Shown here: piece after piece, positions 13,559-28,100 of the stretch
Layout of the letters: each line of letters opens with the position of its first letter
Position numbering within the stretch: the first letter of the stretch is position 1
Source of the DNA: Botryllus schlosseri
Taxonomy: Eukaryota
NCBI GenBank assembly: GCA_051294905.1
Contig: CM119372.1
Coordinates: 10,046,001 to 10,110,000 of the forward strand
Length of the DNA: 64,000 bases
Reading direction: 5' to 3'
Position numbers and translations under genes: made by a program
Notes under the pieces: model-generated
Told to the model about the DNA's origin: nothing
Database searches by the model: none
Seen by the model: only the letters and a program-made list of their open reading frames with translations

Positions 13559-14906
13559 TAGGGATGGTGTGAAGACATGAACGTGAGGTTCACGTTCGCG
13601 TTCTGTGTGTGAGCCTCAGAATTTTTGATGATCACGTTAACAAACGAACCTTGGTAGGTTCTGCATAGTTAACCTTTTACATATATTACAATTTTCACTC
13701 CGTTATGAACATCCTTGGTTGAAATTTATTGCTCTTCGACTGCGGGCCATTATATGCATGGCGCTGGCAGCATAAAAAATCGACACTAAACGATCATGCA
13801 CCTTGATAATCTCAAAAATTTTACTTGTTTTGTTACAAACACTTGCTCGAATATTTAATGACTATTTGCTGTGAGCTTGACCCGCAATCACGCAACATCA
13901 AGAGCGAAATACACTACATATATAGATAGTCGGAGAATGATGCTTATTGAACCAATCGATGAAATTGATATCGTTGTCTGATATAAAAAGTCTAGCAGGC
14001 GTACGGGGTCAATCTTGATTTCATATGTTTATTGTATCATAAAAACCAAGTCCATGCGATTGGGGTGTTGACTGGGCCTACTGCTGTGTAACCTGTTAAC
14101 TAGGGTTACCATACGTCCTCTTTTAAGAGGATCTGTCCTCTTTTTTTTACTTTTTGGAAAGTGTCCTCGGAGGACGCCCTTTTGTACTCTTTTTTGAGAT
14201 TTTTGCCTCTTTTTTGAAAATTTAGGTCAGATTTAGAGCAAATTGCGAGAGATATGCCGTAAATTAGCACAGAAGTGACGCTCCGGCGGGTATTTCGGAG
14301 TGAGCGGAAAGATGACCTTTTTTTTAGTCAACCGATCACAAAGTGGGAAAAATTCACCGGTTTTTGAGAATTCTTCTCCGGTTTTGCAACTCTCAAATTT
14401 CTGAAAAAGTGTCCTCTTTTTAGATTTGGTAAGCCTACTGTTAACGGGGTAATAAATGCAGCAAGCATAACTTGTTGATGAGGTAATATAGGTAGCAACT
14501 ATAGAAAACCGTTTTACACTCTGCTCAATATCGACGTAGCAATAATCAGACGCCGAATACATTGTCCGGTCTAGCCTAGACCGTTAAGGCGTGATTTTAT
14601 ATTCCCTTGCAAGTCCTCATCGAAATTTTTGACAAAGCGACGGAAGATATTAATTTTATGGGACTATTACTACATTTGATTACCTCAGTTGATACATCTG
14701 GCGTCAATATGTACTTCAGCATTGTGACAATATGAATCCCTAGTCGCTATATCATAGGCTATCTCTTGACTGAAATATATGGTTGGAATTATAGCTTTAT
14801 GAAGTCACGTGACGTCATGAGGTTCACGTTCGCGTTCACACAGAACCTTTCAAAAAGGTTCGCGTTCACACGAACCTGAACCTTTCAGAGGTTCACAGAA
14901 TCCCTA
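13559..14906 (+). mobile_element. TAGGGATGGTGTGAA-family MITE (hAT-type)
   Basis: TSD tgaaatcg/taaaatcg; empty site present in the paralogous segment near 15924; homologous to 34494-35440 and 47185-63033. Confidence 0.85.
14101..14437. mobile_element. Nested hAT-type MITE
   Basis: TAGGGTTACC...GGTAAGCCTA; perfect TSD CTGTTAAC at 14093-14100 and 14438-14445. Confidence 0.85.
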
Positions 14907-15543
14907 TAAAATCGCTTGGCAGACCTTATCCGGCCTGCCGGTTATGTGTTTGACAGCCCTGCTACACTGTTAGGACGGCGCGATTATCTGGTTGTGTGTT
15001 GTAATCAGGTCCGTAAGAACATTTTTTCAGCCTCATTCCACCCCAAAAAGCACTAATGCTGGGCCGACAATAAGGTAATCGATGCAACTTCTTGCGGGCT
15101 TGCTATGTGCATCTGCTTGTTACCATTTGTGAATTTGTGGGTGATGGGAATCGGAGTACAGAGGATCAAGCTTTTAGTTTACGCGATTCTCACTCAATTC
15201 GCGATTCAATCATTTTTTAGAGCAGCAGTGCTCGGTGGTTTTGTTGCCTAGGTCTTCGTAGACAAACGCGTACGACAAACTTATGGTAAGAATTTAATAC
15301 GTACATGCACAAACATAACAGTTTTGATCGTGAGCGTGGTTGTAGATTTGGATGTCATCTTTGAGTTTGCGCAGTACAAAGATTGACTCCTTTGCTCGAA
15401 GTAAGGATCTACACATGGGCAAGCTATAGTAGTTCTAGATATCTGTGATACAACAGACATTTCTGTATCACCAAAACGAAATGAGGTATATATATAGAGA
15501 TATTTTCACCATACCTTTATGAATCATTCAGTTCAGGTACGGT

Positions 15544-15811
15544 CAGAGGCGGTCAGTAACGAAGTACTTCTACTTTTTGAAGTACTTCAAGTACATTTTT
15601 CCTAGTCACACTACTCTTTAAGTAGTTATGATTTTAGACTACTTCTACTTCTACTTGACAGTTTGCAGTTTTGTAGGCAAAAATAAGCGTAGACTACCTA
15701 CTTACTTACTTGTGAATAACCACTCCTACTCCTACTTCTACTTGAGTAGAAATTCCGGCGTTACTTCTACTTCTACTTGAGTAGCGACGGTGGCTACTTT
15801 GACCACCTCTG
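15544..15811. mobile_element. hAT-type MITE with (CTACTT)n repeats
   Basis: CAGAGGCGGTCA...TGACCACCTCTG; perfect TSD GGTACGGT at 15536-15543 and 15812-15819. Confidence 0.85.
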
Positions 15812-15992
15812 GGTACGGTTACCATATATTTCGGATCAAATTCCGCACACTCTTTAGCACCCCCCTCCCCCCTGTGAGCTCTGGTCATTGCCCTGGTCTG
15901 CAACAGATTTCTTCACGGGCCGGATGAAATCGTCTGGTGGATATTATCCGGTCCGCCGGTTGTGTGTTTGACAGCCCTGCTATACTGTTAGG

Positions 15993-16062
15993 TAGGGTTA
16001 CCGTATGTCATCCTTTAGGAGGATTTGTCCTCCTTTCCCGATTCAAAAATTAAGTAACCCTA
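15993..16062. mobile_element. 70-bp minimal MITE related to 14101-14437
   Basis: TAGGGTTAC...GTAACCCTA; perfect TSD CTGTTAGG; empty site near 14967 in the paralogous segment. Confidence 0.8.
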
Positions 16063-17664
16063 CTGTTAGGTCGGTGCGGTTATCTGTGTGTTGTAACCAG
16101 GTCCGAAACAACATTTTTCATCCCCCTTCCGTCCAGAAATCACTAATCTTAGGCCCACCCACCATGGGGAAATCTATTCGAGCTTAATATATGCATCTGC
16201 ATGTTGAAATTTGTGAATGAATTCTGTCGAGAATATTGGCTCTTCCATACATTACTATGAAATATGCCAGTAGATTGCATATCCGGTGGTTTCCAACCTT
16301 GTATGGCCGCGTGCTCATTTCCAATTTGAAAATGTTCCGCGGCCCAGCTCAAAAAATGATTGGCTGATTAGTAAAAAAAAGTCGGCCTGCCCAGACTTAC
16401 TCTCGGCCTATTTTGGAAGCTGATGACGTCCAACATCTTCTCGAACGATCAAATTTCGTTGACTAAACTGAAGCATCCAAACGGCCTTAACTAACTCTAG
16501 AAATACACCCTTAGCTTATAATTGCGATTACAATTAGACTTATTCCAGTAAATGATGATTATTTTTATTTATTTTTGATTGCATTTTTGCGAGGGCGGTG
16601 CGTGGTACCAATATCAGTATTCATATACGTTGCATTAAATCGCCCGCAGCGCGATGAAAAATTTCAAATAGCATGAATCTGCTAAAAAATACTTTATTTA
16701 TATTGATTTACGACCAAATTTTTAGACTACTTCAAGCCTTCAAAATTCCGGACATTTTGGCATATTTCAAAATCTCCTCCCGGATGCAGTTTTTGCAGTG
16801 AAATCCCGGACATGTCCGGAAAATTCCGGACTTATGGCAACCCTAACCCTAAAATAACCGGGCTACCGGCAATGTCCAGTTTGGAAACGAAAAACGATCA
16901 ATCTGATATGGGCGTTTGAGGCCCATATGGTGTACGACAATGAAAACGGAGCGGTGGAACCCAGTATCCTTTCTCGACCGAAGTATATATTAACGTCGCC
17001 ATGTTTCTCTCCAGTATATCCCATTGAGAGAAAGTGATTATATAGCTGAGACTTGATAATGCTATGGATAGTCGGTGCACCACCCTTCTTGAATGAAAAT
17101 GGAACCTTTAGGCACAGTTTCGTCTCAAGATCCTCAAGATCCCGACTCGTGTCTATGAAACCGTCTGATCTCGAGTTGAGACCTGTTCACGACTCATGGT
17201 ACATGACGAAGATGTTTTGAGCCTCTGTTCAAACTGAAGTTCGTGTTTAAACTATTTAGTACAGTATTTAGACAGATTTATGTGTAGAACTTTTAGAACA
17301 ACTGTCTTTGACTAAACTAAAGCATCCAAACGGCCTTCACCAACTCTGGCAATATACCGTTATCTTATAATTGCGATTACTGTTTCACTTATTTCAGTGG
17401 TTCAGATGGTTATTTTTATTTATTTATTGCATTTCTTGCGAGGGCGGTGCGTGGTCCCCCTCGCAGCGCAAATAAAATTTCAAATAGCATAAATCCGTTT
17501 AAAAATAATAATATTATTTATGATGATTTACGAAACATTTTGAGCCTACTTCAAGCCTTCAAAATTACGGACATTTAGGCAAATTTTAGAATTTCTTTCC
17601 GGACGTAGTTTTTACAGTGAAATTCCGGACATATCCGGGAAATTCCGGACGTATGGCAACCCTG

Positions 17665-18635
17665 CTTACGCAACTCCCTGGGAACTCATAGCGAATCAGG
17701 TCTCGAGTTGAAATTTGTGCAAAGAGCAATTTTGAATGACAAAGAAAAAATGTGGCCTATGGCAAGCAAAAAAGGCGTCAACAAAATCGCTATGAACTTG
17801 AAGAATTAGCAATAGTGTCGAAAAGGTGTCGGAAAAGAAATGACGATGCTCTAATTGCGATAAATTGTACCACGAATGTCCAGACACAAATTCATCAAAA
17901 CATGGAGCTGGAGCTGCGGAACATGATACAGAGTCGGATGACAGCCAGGAAGAATACACATTTTCTGTTGGTGGTCAAGAAGTTTGTGATGTTTAGGGTT
18001 GCATGTAAAGCAAAAATCAATTTAAAACAATGACCTTGATTAAAACATGTTTTTTTTTTAGTCATGACGTCACGAATACTCATTTGCGACATCATAGTGG
18101 ATTAACATGGACATTTGAAAATATAGGGTTACTATAGCCCCTTTGACGAAATATCTGCACTATATAACTGTTGAACCGACTACTTTGAGGGTTCCAACCA
18201 TCCCATATCGATACAAGTCGCCTACATCGGGTGGCAATTGTCCGTAGGCTCATATAACATGTTTTTTGGAAAGTATTTACACAATTATGGCATGATTTTA
18301 CAGCTTAAAAAAAATTTGAAAGGTTTTTGTTAAAAAACTGTTCAAAACATGTTTTAAACAAAGCGTTTTAAAACACCATTTGTTTTAAATGCAACCCTAC
18401 TGATGATGGTAATGCAAGCTGGAACGTAGACGGTGGGGCATCAAAGCACATGTCAAAGGTGAAAGAATCAATCTAGGACTACAAAGAATTTGAGGTTCCT
18501 ATACCCATTACCTATTCACTTAGCCGATGGTAGCACCGTTCAGCCTTTGGAATCGGAAAACGTAAGCCTTGAAATGTTTCTTGAAAATGAAGGAAATCTC
18601 ATTGTGACACTTAAAAAGGTTTTATACGTCCCTAG
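17665..18635 (+). pseudogene. Ty1/copia gag C-terminus (degenerate zinc knuckle) and protease relic, interrupted by MITE 17994-18399
   Basis: LELKFVQRAILN, RCSNCDKLYHECP; after the MITE WNVDGGASKHM...LADGSTV...LKKVLYVP (copia protease motifs). Confidence 0.75.
17994..18399. mobile_element. TAGGGTTGCA-family MITE
   Basis: TIRs TAGGGTTGCAT...ATGCAACCCTA; degenerate TSD gtgatgtt/ctgatgat; homologous to 25429-26084. Confidence 0.75.
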
Positions 18636-19198
18636 TACGTAACTAGTACGTTGAGTCGATCGGGTTCAAACGCTGTTATTCTGACTCGTGCTTTACATGC
18701 ACTGATAAGAATCTGTTCATTAATGATGACGTAATTTTGGCCTTGTCGTCTTATGATCAACTAACTGAAGTGGAGTAGAACTTCGTCTCTAAATTTTGCA
18801 TGGTGGGTATCGGTGAATCGCAATACTGCATTAAGCAAGATCTGAGAAGTGTATATATTTGCACCATAAACGATACATTTGTAATTTGATTGATAAATAT
18901 GGTTAGTCTGAAACCAAAATGTGTTTCCTAGATGTGTAGTTAAACGTGTTTTTGGTAGATGCTTGTTTTTTATATGTGTCAGCGAAAATTTGGGGTTCCG
19001 CCAAGGCTTGCATATAATCGTAAGTGTTTAGCAGGTTAAAACGTTTAAGGACCACTGTCATAGATAGGGGTATACTTTGCTACATGTTCCTGAAAGAACA
19101 TCCATTCATATGTACGGCGAAAAAAGAAGCTGTAATTGCATAGTCGGTTATCGAATGACCTATAACTAAATGTAGTCTCTCAAGCACGACATTCATTG

Positions 19199-22100
19199 TT
19201 AGCCTTCTGGAAGACGGGAGCTCTTGCTCGGAGCACTCCGATTGTCAGTGCTGGAACGTTTTATTGTCCACATCCCCTTCAGTAAGACTTTCTTCCCGAA
19301 GAGGCCGAAAACAAAATGCTTGGTGTGCGCTCGCATTTTGGCTGACCCGATGTTGTAGAAAATCGGATTTAGGCACTCCGATAAACGAATGAAAAAGTAT
19401 TCCACCAATCCAAAATGATAGTCGACGTGGATCGTATAAGGAGTGTTGGGAGAGTCGTGAACGCTCCAAAATTCGTACGCTGGAATCGAAAAAAAAACGG
19501 ATTATATTTGGATTTAGACAAAAGCATCGCAGAGACGGTTGTAGATTATAAAGAACTTTAATAAGCGCTGCTATCATTTTACATGGCATTCTCTGTATAC
19601 AGGACCTTTGTCACGATGAACTCAAGACCAGCCTTGCTGGGGATCTTTCAAAATTAGAAAACCTATTGAAATTGTGCATCTATACGTAATCATCACAGAG
19701 CAGAATGGTTGGTGAGTACTGAATATAGTAGTGGCATGCTCCATCGATACAAAACACGAGGGGTCTACGTCCTGTTTAAGTGTTAGATTGGTCAGAGGCT
19801 CAGTAGCCTACTCGTCGACTTCCTATACGCGACTCTTACGACGGCCTGCAACGAATGTCGGTCGTTGTATAGATCGGCCTCATAAATCGTTAGCAAGAAC
19901 ATTGGCGAGGTGTATAATGACCAATTTTGATAAGTATGCATACAAGTTGATAAGTTAGCAAAGCTGCGAGTAGACTTGTAGAAACTACTAGATTTTCAGA
20001 AAGCGCAGCTAGAACTAGAACTACTCAATTTTCAAAATCCGCAACGAGAACTAAATACCTAAATATTAATGTAACATGTTCGGGCGGAACCCTTTGTTAT
20101 ATTGACTTCGTTGCATGATGCTTTTACGTGACCTCCTATATCTGCTATGTCAAAATACATGGAAATCGCCAATAAGTACCAAACTAAAAGACGCACATGA
20201 TTTCAAATTGGCATTTCTTAACTGGCAAAGAACTTTTCTCTGCGGAATGGCATTTGTCCTGTAGGGTTCTGATTACCAGGACAGGAACAATCGACGCCAG
20301 CCATTGAGGTGCCTATGGACAATTAAACATATATTTATATATATCGAAGTTTTCGGTCAGAACAAGGGCATTCCTTTTCGGCCAAGGTCTTCTCGCTGCT
20401 GATCGTTCTGGCATACTTCTCCGAGTCGTATGTTACATGGCCTATATATGTTGGTGCGTCGTAATGGCCCACGACGAAGTCACCATTTCCATAAATCATG
20501 CGTATTTTTGTTGGGGGAAGAACACCCCCAAATCAAGATTTATGACCATAATGAATCGAGTTCGCCCCCCCCCCCCCCCCGGTCCTGACTCCATATAGCC
20601 GTTTTAACGCGCCATCGCCCCCTATCGCCCCCTTCGTTGTTTTCCCGCCCTATCGCTCCTTCATCCGTTTTCGCCCCCCTATCGTCCCCTTCGGTATATT
20701 CGCCCCCTAGACCGCCAAATCGCCTACGTTGGGAGCCACTGAGTTAGTTAGTTAACCATCAACTAACTAAATGGATAGTTTGTACAAATCTGGCTTCGAG
20801 TACAATTTAGTTGTGTTGAGTAAAACTAGGCGGTTGGTCGTCAGTAGAAAGAACGTATTAGCACCTGTGAATGGAACGTATCCTACGAGGAAGGAGATGA
20901 CAATAAGGCACAACTGTAAGACAGCTTGTTTATCTTTTCTTTTCCTCTGCGGGCAATGCACGACCAAAAATTTACTGCTTCCGTACACAAGGGTGATTGT
21001 AATTGCGGACACGAATGTTACCACGATCATCGGAATGTACATTGCTATTGCGTAAGCAATTTTTTGATACAGTCGATACTGATCGTACCTGTAAATATAG
21101 GACACATGATAAGTGTCATAAATTGCCATCCGGTACAATCTGGTTATTGTCATTCATCCTTGGCATTGTGCCTGAACGCACAATAATGGCCCAAGGGTAT
21201 TGTTTGGGCGACAAAAGTGGACATGGCCTTTGCGACCGAATCTCAGGATAAGGGATATGGCTGATTATAATGATACTAAAATTCAGTATACTTCAGTGGT
21301 TTAATTCACTACCACTCGAAGAATATGATATGATAATAGATAAATCGCTACAACCCGTATCACACAGGGATAATATTATAATGAGGAGTTCTATAATTCT
21401 CTTCTTTGCAACCGTCTGCTGTTCATACCGAAGGCCAAATTGCTATTCTTAGCATATTTCGTATATACCATTTACAGCACAACTTATAATCGACCATAAA
21501 TTTGCGTATAATTAGTTCTACTACTACGTCTATAGACGAAGTTTCCTATACGACCAGAACAGATTCGTGTGTAATAGATGCGCTATGAGTTGATATGGCT
21601 GGCTAAGTGGCTATGGACGATATATCAGACTGTAGTTGGCGGATAGTATTCGTAATAGGATATGAAAGAACGCTTGCGAGACTGCGTTACAATATACGAA
21701 GGGCAATTAGACAAGACCAATCACGGGCACTTATATCGGACGGAAGAAACTCCTTACCATTCCATATTAACAGTACAAGCTGGCCATCGCGCATCGGGAC
21801 TATTTCCGTACCGTTGACGCTCCCGCGCCCCAACCCAAATCCAGAATGGGACGAATCCTCCTCCAACACTGAGCAGCCAAATGACTACGATTAAAATCTG
21901 TGTCAGATGCATCGGTAAGTGACAATGCGCTCTGGCAAAGGCGTGCATCGAAAAGTATACTCACTCTTCCGGTTGATGTCGAGACGCTTTGAAAAGGAAA
22001 CGGCCATTTTATTGACAAGAAGCGAAGGACGGAAAACGTTAAAATGTGTATGGCTGTTACGAAATTCGTCATTATATCCACTGACCAATACACCTGGAAA

Positions 22101-25100
22101 GCAAAAGTATAGTTGTATCAAATAATTAGGATCAGCTTTTTGAGGTCGAATTACGGCACTAATACGGTTTCATCGTGGAATGATGAAGAGAAAAGGCTCG
22201 TACGACTACGGCATCATACAATTCCCCGCCCTGACCCAAATTCGCAAGTTCTTATTTTAGTCATCTGATGTTACGACAGCATCTTGATAAATCGTGACCC
22301 GCGATGTTCATTGCGGATGGTAAAATAGACTTATTCCCGCCTAAGTGCGGTATAGTTGTCAACATGCTGACATCACATTAGAGCAGTGGTTCTCAACCGG
22401 TGTGCCAATTGGACTGCTCAGGTGTGCCGCGAGCAAATGTGGTAAACTATGTCGAATTATAATAAAAATCCAAATTTTGAGTATGTCATTATTGGTTTTT
22501 AAATTGAATTTACCCGATCAAGACACTCGATGTACAATCCGATTCAGTGAACAGATATAAGGATGTCGAGGCGATCTTAGTTACGGTATCTCAATCCAGC
22601 ATCTCAATCTGACATCCCCATTAGGTCATGGAATGGGTCTTTTTCTGGGCTTTGTATTGGAAAGACGCTCTGAGCACAGCAACGTATAGGGGCGGAGAAT
22701 CTAATAAATCTGCCACGCTTCGTAACTTTGCTACTGCGCTGCCATGAATCAAACTGGGGCCTCCACCGTCAATGGGTGTGATACGCTAGTTTGCCCATAC
22801 ATAGTCTTAGCATTTAGGACGATGAAAACTAAACTCGGGTAATTGGACCGTGATATTGAGGTGTGGCCGAAGTGTTCACCTTTTACTTGTCACCCCCATC
22901 AGAACCGGAGGCAGAACAAGGACATGACACAGGTTGATGACCTTTTCCTGTTTCTATTTGTAGTCGTATTCTTGCCATTTCTTCGTCGTCGATGATCATT
23001 TCACACCATACCGATATTACTTATTTTGATTCCTGATATGCCAACTTATAGCACGCGGCCCACTTTTTGTAAGACACTGATTTTGCATATCGGAGGACGA
23101 GTAGGAGCCTACATAAACCTCCAACTCCTAAGAAGGCATTCTCACCATCGAGAAATGAAAGGAAGTGATGTTCACGTTTACAAATTAGAATTGCCAACAT
23201 AGCCAGTCACATTGCGATTGTTAGGTAGCGTGCCAGCACTGCAGGTAAAATGTAGGCTCCGGGCCCTACGTTATGTTGCAGGCGACAAATTCGAGAATTG
23301 AGAAGTAAAGTTAATCAAATTATATCAGTTACAAATTTCCCCGCCGCTGAGGTTTATTATCCCGGTTTGTTGGAACTGCAATTGAACTGCGGGTGGCTGC
23401 CAGTAACACTCGAGGTATACTATCCTCACACGTGCTATTACACGATCTGCTGGGAAATGCGTTTGGCATCCATGTATTATACACTTCGACGCCCCTGTAT
23501 TTGTTCGTGGCGATCGTGATTGGACTCTTCGATGGGACGGTTCATTACATCGACAATGGGGTAGTGGGCAGACTTTATTGCCATGCCAATCTTATGAAAT
23601 TAAGCTCAGCCTGAAGTTTAAACGAGATCTCAGCATGCCAGTTAAGTGGTAACAGAGGTAATAGCTGATAATTCCAAACCTCATACGGAAGCGGAGAAAG
23701 TTCTTCTTTCGGCCCGCAATAAAATTGCAAGGGAATGTTTGGGAAGAATTGAAAACGATTCTCATGTCAAATGATACCATTCGCAGACGTATTTATGAGA
23801 TGCCCGAAGAGATAAAAGACTACTCAAGCATAGAAAAGCCTTTGATTGCTCCGAAAAGGTAGAAGTATTTCGTCAGTGACCATCTCTGTAAGACTATGGT
23901 TGCTGCTACACGCATTCAGGTAGTTTGCCTGTGCCGTAAGCCAAAAGAGTTCAAAACCACTGTGCTAGTGTGCCGCGAACTATTTTTCATTTTCAAAGTG
24001 TGCCGCGAGGTCAAAAAGGTTGAGAACCACTGCATTAGAGTGATGACGTCTATGACCGTCCGTCATAATAATTATTCATGTAATTATCTCAGATACTTTA
24101 TGTCATAGTAGTTTATTTAATAACCAGCATCAACATCGCGCCACTGTTATTCGCAAGCATATTTGTTTATAATCGTTTGGCAAAACATCCGCTTCAAGTG
24201 AACGTATATGCTTTGGGGTACAAAACATGACTCCACCTCTCTGTGACTTACCTTGCAAAGTATGGCGGGAATCTTCCACTCATCAAATCCCAGCGTTCGT
24301 CGATACCAACACAACGGGCTCACCAGGGTGGACAAGAGGTCGGAAATACACAGCGATAGGATGAAGTATGAAAATAGATTTCTAGAATGCAGAACGCGTA
24401 ATCACACAAATGACAAACCCAAATCGAACGTAACACAGTAATTAAAGTGTCGTCGACAGGGCTGGGCAAAATCGAGTACCTGAGTGATTCGATTCTGAAT
24501 CACGTATTACTCTTCGAGTCGAGTCGAGTATTCGAGTATCACTCATAATGACGTCACAACAGAATGTACTATGTCAAAGTTCAAATATGTAACTTTTATT
24601 ATAGATAACTAACCTAGGTCCTAGGTAGGCTAGTTATCTATACTTTTATGCCACCACGAAGAACATAATGTCTGTTATCCGTCACATTAAAGATACTTTG
24701 GTATTTTTTCGACCACCCCGATTTCATTGAACTTCTTGACAATGTTGCGATCCTCTGTCGCCAGAAGGAACATCTCTACACGCTGGGAATCTGCCATTAG
24801 TGTTGTTGTGTCGTCCGGCTGTTTTACAGCTGATATTGTGCGCGTTGTACCGTAACCGTGCGTTGTTTACTCCCGTTCGTGACTCTGTGTACTTGTCATT
24901 ATTACGTCACAACCACAAAATTCTTTCTTTATTTCGAACTTGGTTGACCTCATTTACAGGCGGTCACTCCTGAAGAGGGCCAGTCGAAAAGCTTCGAGTG
25001 GAATAAATTTGCAGTATGAACGTATTGTTTGCTGCAATTCTGAAGTTCTGTACTCCGAAAAACCTATGTCTTGTGTGCTTCGACACGGCCAATTATGGTT

Positions 25101-28100
25101 TCAAGGCTTCCTTAGTGGAAAATATTATCCAAGCTATACTTCTCGTTAGCAAACTAGCTTTCAGTTGCGAGGAGCGTGTAATTTCAGTACTCGAAAAGAT
25201 CGTCTTTTACTACTCGAATCGAATCATTGAAATTATTACTCGATTCAGATTCAAGTACTCGAATCATTGTGCCCAAAGAGAGAGTCTCTCTCTTTCTCTC
25301 TCTCTCTCTCTCTTGTGCCCAGCCCTCGGCGTAATTCCTCACGAGTGTAAATAATGCGCCCTATACGGTTGGGGTGTGTCGCAACTAAACTCCTCTACGT
25401 ACGAAGAAAAATAGTAGACTACCCAAACAAGCGTTGCATTTAAAACAAAAATCAATTCAAAACAAACATGTTTAAAAATTGACCCTTGTTTGAAACATGT
25501 TTTTATTGTTTGTGTGTTATTCTTTAATTGTGAAGTCTCGAACCTGAATTGTGACGTCACGAACCATTGTTGTGACGTCACGAACATTTGTTGTTGTGAC
25601 GTCACGAACATTTGTTGTTGTGACGTCGCGAACATTTGTTGTTGTGACGTCACGAATCTTTATTTGTGACGTCACATTGGATTGACATGGACAATTTAAA
25701 ATACAGGGTAAATATGGCTCGTTCGACGAAAAGGGCTTTGGGCCAAAAACATATTTAACCAGGACTACAACGTTATGCAGCAATTTTACGGTCGGGGTCA
25801 TCATCATCAGAACACCCATTCCGTACCAATGATCCATGTCTACGTGCTATAACTGTTGAACCGACGACGATTTCGAGGGTTCCAGCCACTGCACATCGCA
25901 TACGTCGACTATATTGGCTACAAATCGCCCGTCGGCTCATACTATATGTCTTGTCGAAAGTATTTACACAAGTATGGCATAATTATACAACGTTTGAAAA
26001 ACACACAATTTTTTCTGAAGGCATTTGTTTAAAACACTGTATAAAACATGTTTTAAAACACCGTTTGTTTTAAATGCAACCAAAATCCAAACCAAGATGA
26101 TATAATTTTGAACGTGAAGACGAAGCATGAATAACCACTATGAAATGATACATCATTCCACGTGTCCTTCAAATTTGTACAGGACAAGCTGATGAATAAA
26201 TGATATATCTTACCTCAATCTAGCATATTTCAAAATGACAATCGCGGTGACTAAATTGAGTAGCAGTCCGATTGCAAAGAATAAGAAAATGATGATGCCA
26301 GATATCCAAATGACTTCATCACCGAAAGGTCGCGAGAAATATCTGAAAACGAGAGAGAGTCTTTATTTTCATGCGACCAAAATACGTAAAAAAACAGACG
26401 GCAATGATGGCGGTACAGAAAATATGCATCCACACTTGCACAGTATATTCGGTATCAGATAGGAATGATCGATACGACCGTGAAGGTCAACTAGCTTCGT
26501 TAATGTATACAGTCGCGACCCATTCAACTCAATCAAATTGGAATGGTCCACGATATTATGGCCCTAAATATAAGACGTATCATCATCATTCCATATTGTT
26601 ACAACAACATATAGTCGCTATCAGGAACGCGTACGTACATTGCACGCAGGATATCAACAACAAATTCAAACTTAATGGATAGCAGTAATATCCGTCACGG
26701 TCATGACCCTCGTGAAAATGCTTTCAAGAAGATACCATGATTTAATTTTTGATTATCTATCATTTCCAGTTTCGCGAATGTTGGCCGAAATTGGTTTGGG
26801 TTTGAATATACGATATTTGGCGATACCCCGTTTGGGTTGGGATTCTAACGTAAGATGGAGAAACATTCAAAAAGTTCAATACGTAGCCTACTTTCAATTG
26901 GGGATGAAGTTTGATTTATATATGACAGGAAATAAATCCGAAATCATATGTATTAGTATGTGTATTACATATAGCTATAAATAAAACAGGATGGATATGC
27001 CGCTTATCATAAACAGGTCAAGTTACAGGACTTCTTTCAAATCATCTCTAAAGAGACGTCACTGCATGGGGTACATTTATCTTTACTCTGTGGAGGTTTT
27101 GAAGAATGTAAATTATTTAAAGAGGGGGTCATCGTCGAAATTATGATGTGAGTATAATCAATCTTCAAGCGCCGTTACTTGAGAGCTTTTCAACCGGCAG
27201 TAGGTCTATCTATAGTGACATTGAGATGTCCACATAGCATACGGTAGCTGCTTCACTGTCAATCAGAAGTCCAATTTAGGACTCTGTATTCAATTCAAAT
27301 ACTTAGCGTACCTGCCATTTGAGCTCGTGTGTTAATAAGTAGGAAGTTTTGTACACGCGACGTCGCAAACGTACTACATCGTGTGACGTCACTTTGTTAA
27401 CTCTAAATATATAAAGCCTGAATCGTGTAAACTGTACAGTACACAAATAGTATACAGACATGGATACACAGAAAATCTCATCACGTCACGGCCATCGCAA
27501 CATTCGAAAAAAATACATGTGTATAATTCCAAGTATATAATCGTAAGACTGCAAATTTCGAACAAGTTCCTTGTTCATATGTCATCTCTGGCATTCCTCA
27601 TAACATATACGCATGATCAACGGCGCATCACAACTAAAACAAAGGGGCATAGAAATTTCCGAACTTATATTGTCGTGACCCGCCGGTTGAATCAACTATT
27701 TTGCTGGTTCATAACTGTAGACAATCGGTCAATCCTCGTATATATGACAATTCCGTTGTTTTCGAATGAGGATTGTGCTAGAATAGATCCCTTGTGATTC
27801 GTAATATTATATATAATTTGTAGGCTTGACAATCAATCATTCCACGAAAACAAAGATTTAGATTTTGCCACGATTTGACCGGTAGGCCCGCAAGCGATAA
27901 AAGTCTTGAATCCGCCACATGAACCCAAACTGAGTTTGACACCCCTGCTCCATATTATTCTCCTATGGCGCTTTCTCATGTTGCCGACAACATGCCAACC
28001 ACGTCTGATTACTGCTACAATGTTGTCGATTGTGATTACGATTACTTCTGAATCACACGATAACGAGTACCATTGCATGCAGAATCTCACAGTTATCGAC

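Larger units (their letters stand above)
13335..17664. mobile_element. Composite hAT-type insertion that splits the copia gag; contains a second copy of its own family (~15538-16845) and four smaller MITEs
   Basis: Left end TAGCGTTACCATA, right end TATGGCAACCCTG; flanks share CTTACGC (degenerate TSD); segments ~16470-16845 and ~17310-17664 are duplicated. Confidence 0.7.

Noticed and set aside
25339..25837. Repeat-protein ORFs (MTSQQQMF..., RDVTTTNV...)
   Set aside because: By-products of a 24-bp tandem repeat inside a MITE.
26369..26551. MDHSNLIELNGS... as the first exon of GPCR-2
   Set aside because: Stops before the TM1 exon, which has its own strong acceptor; the 31078-30990 exon fits the phase better.
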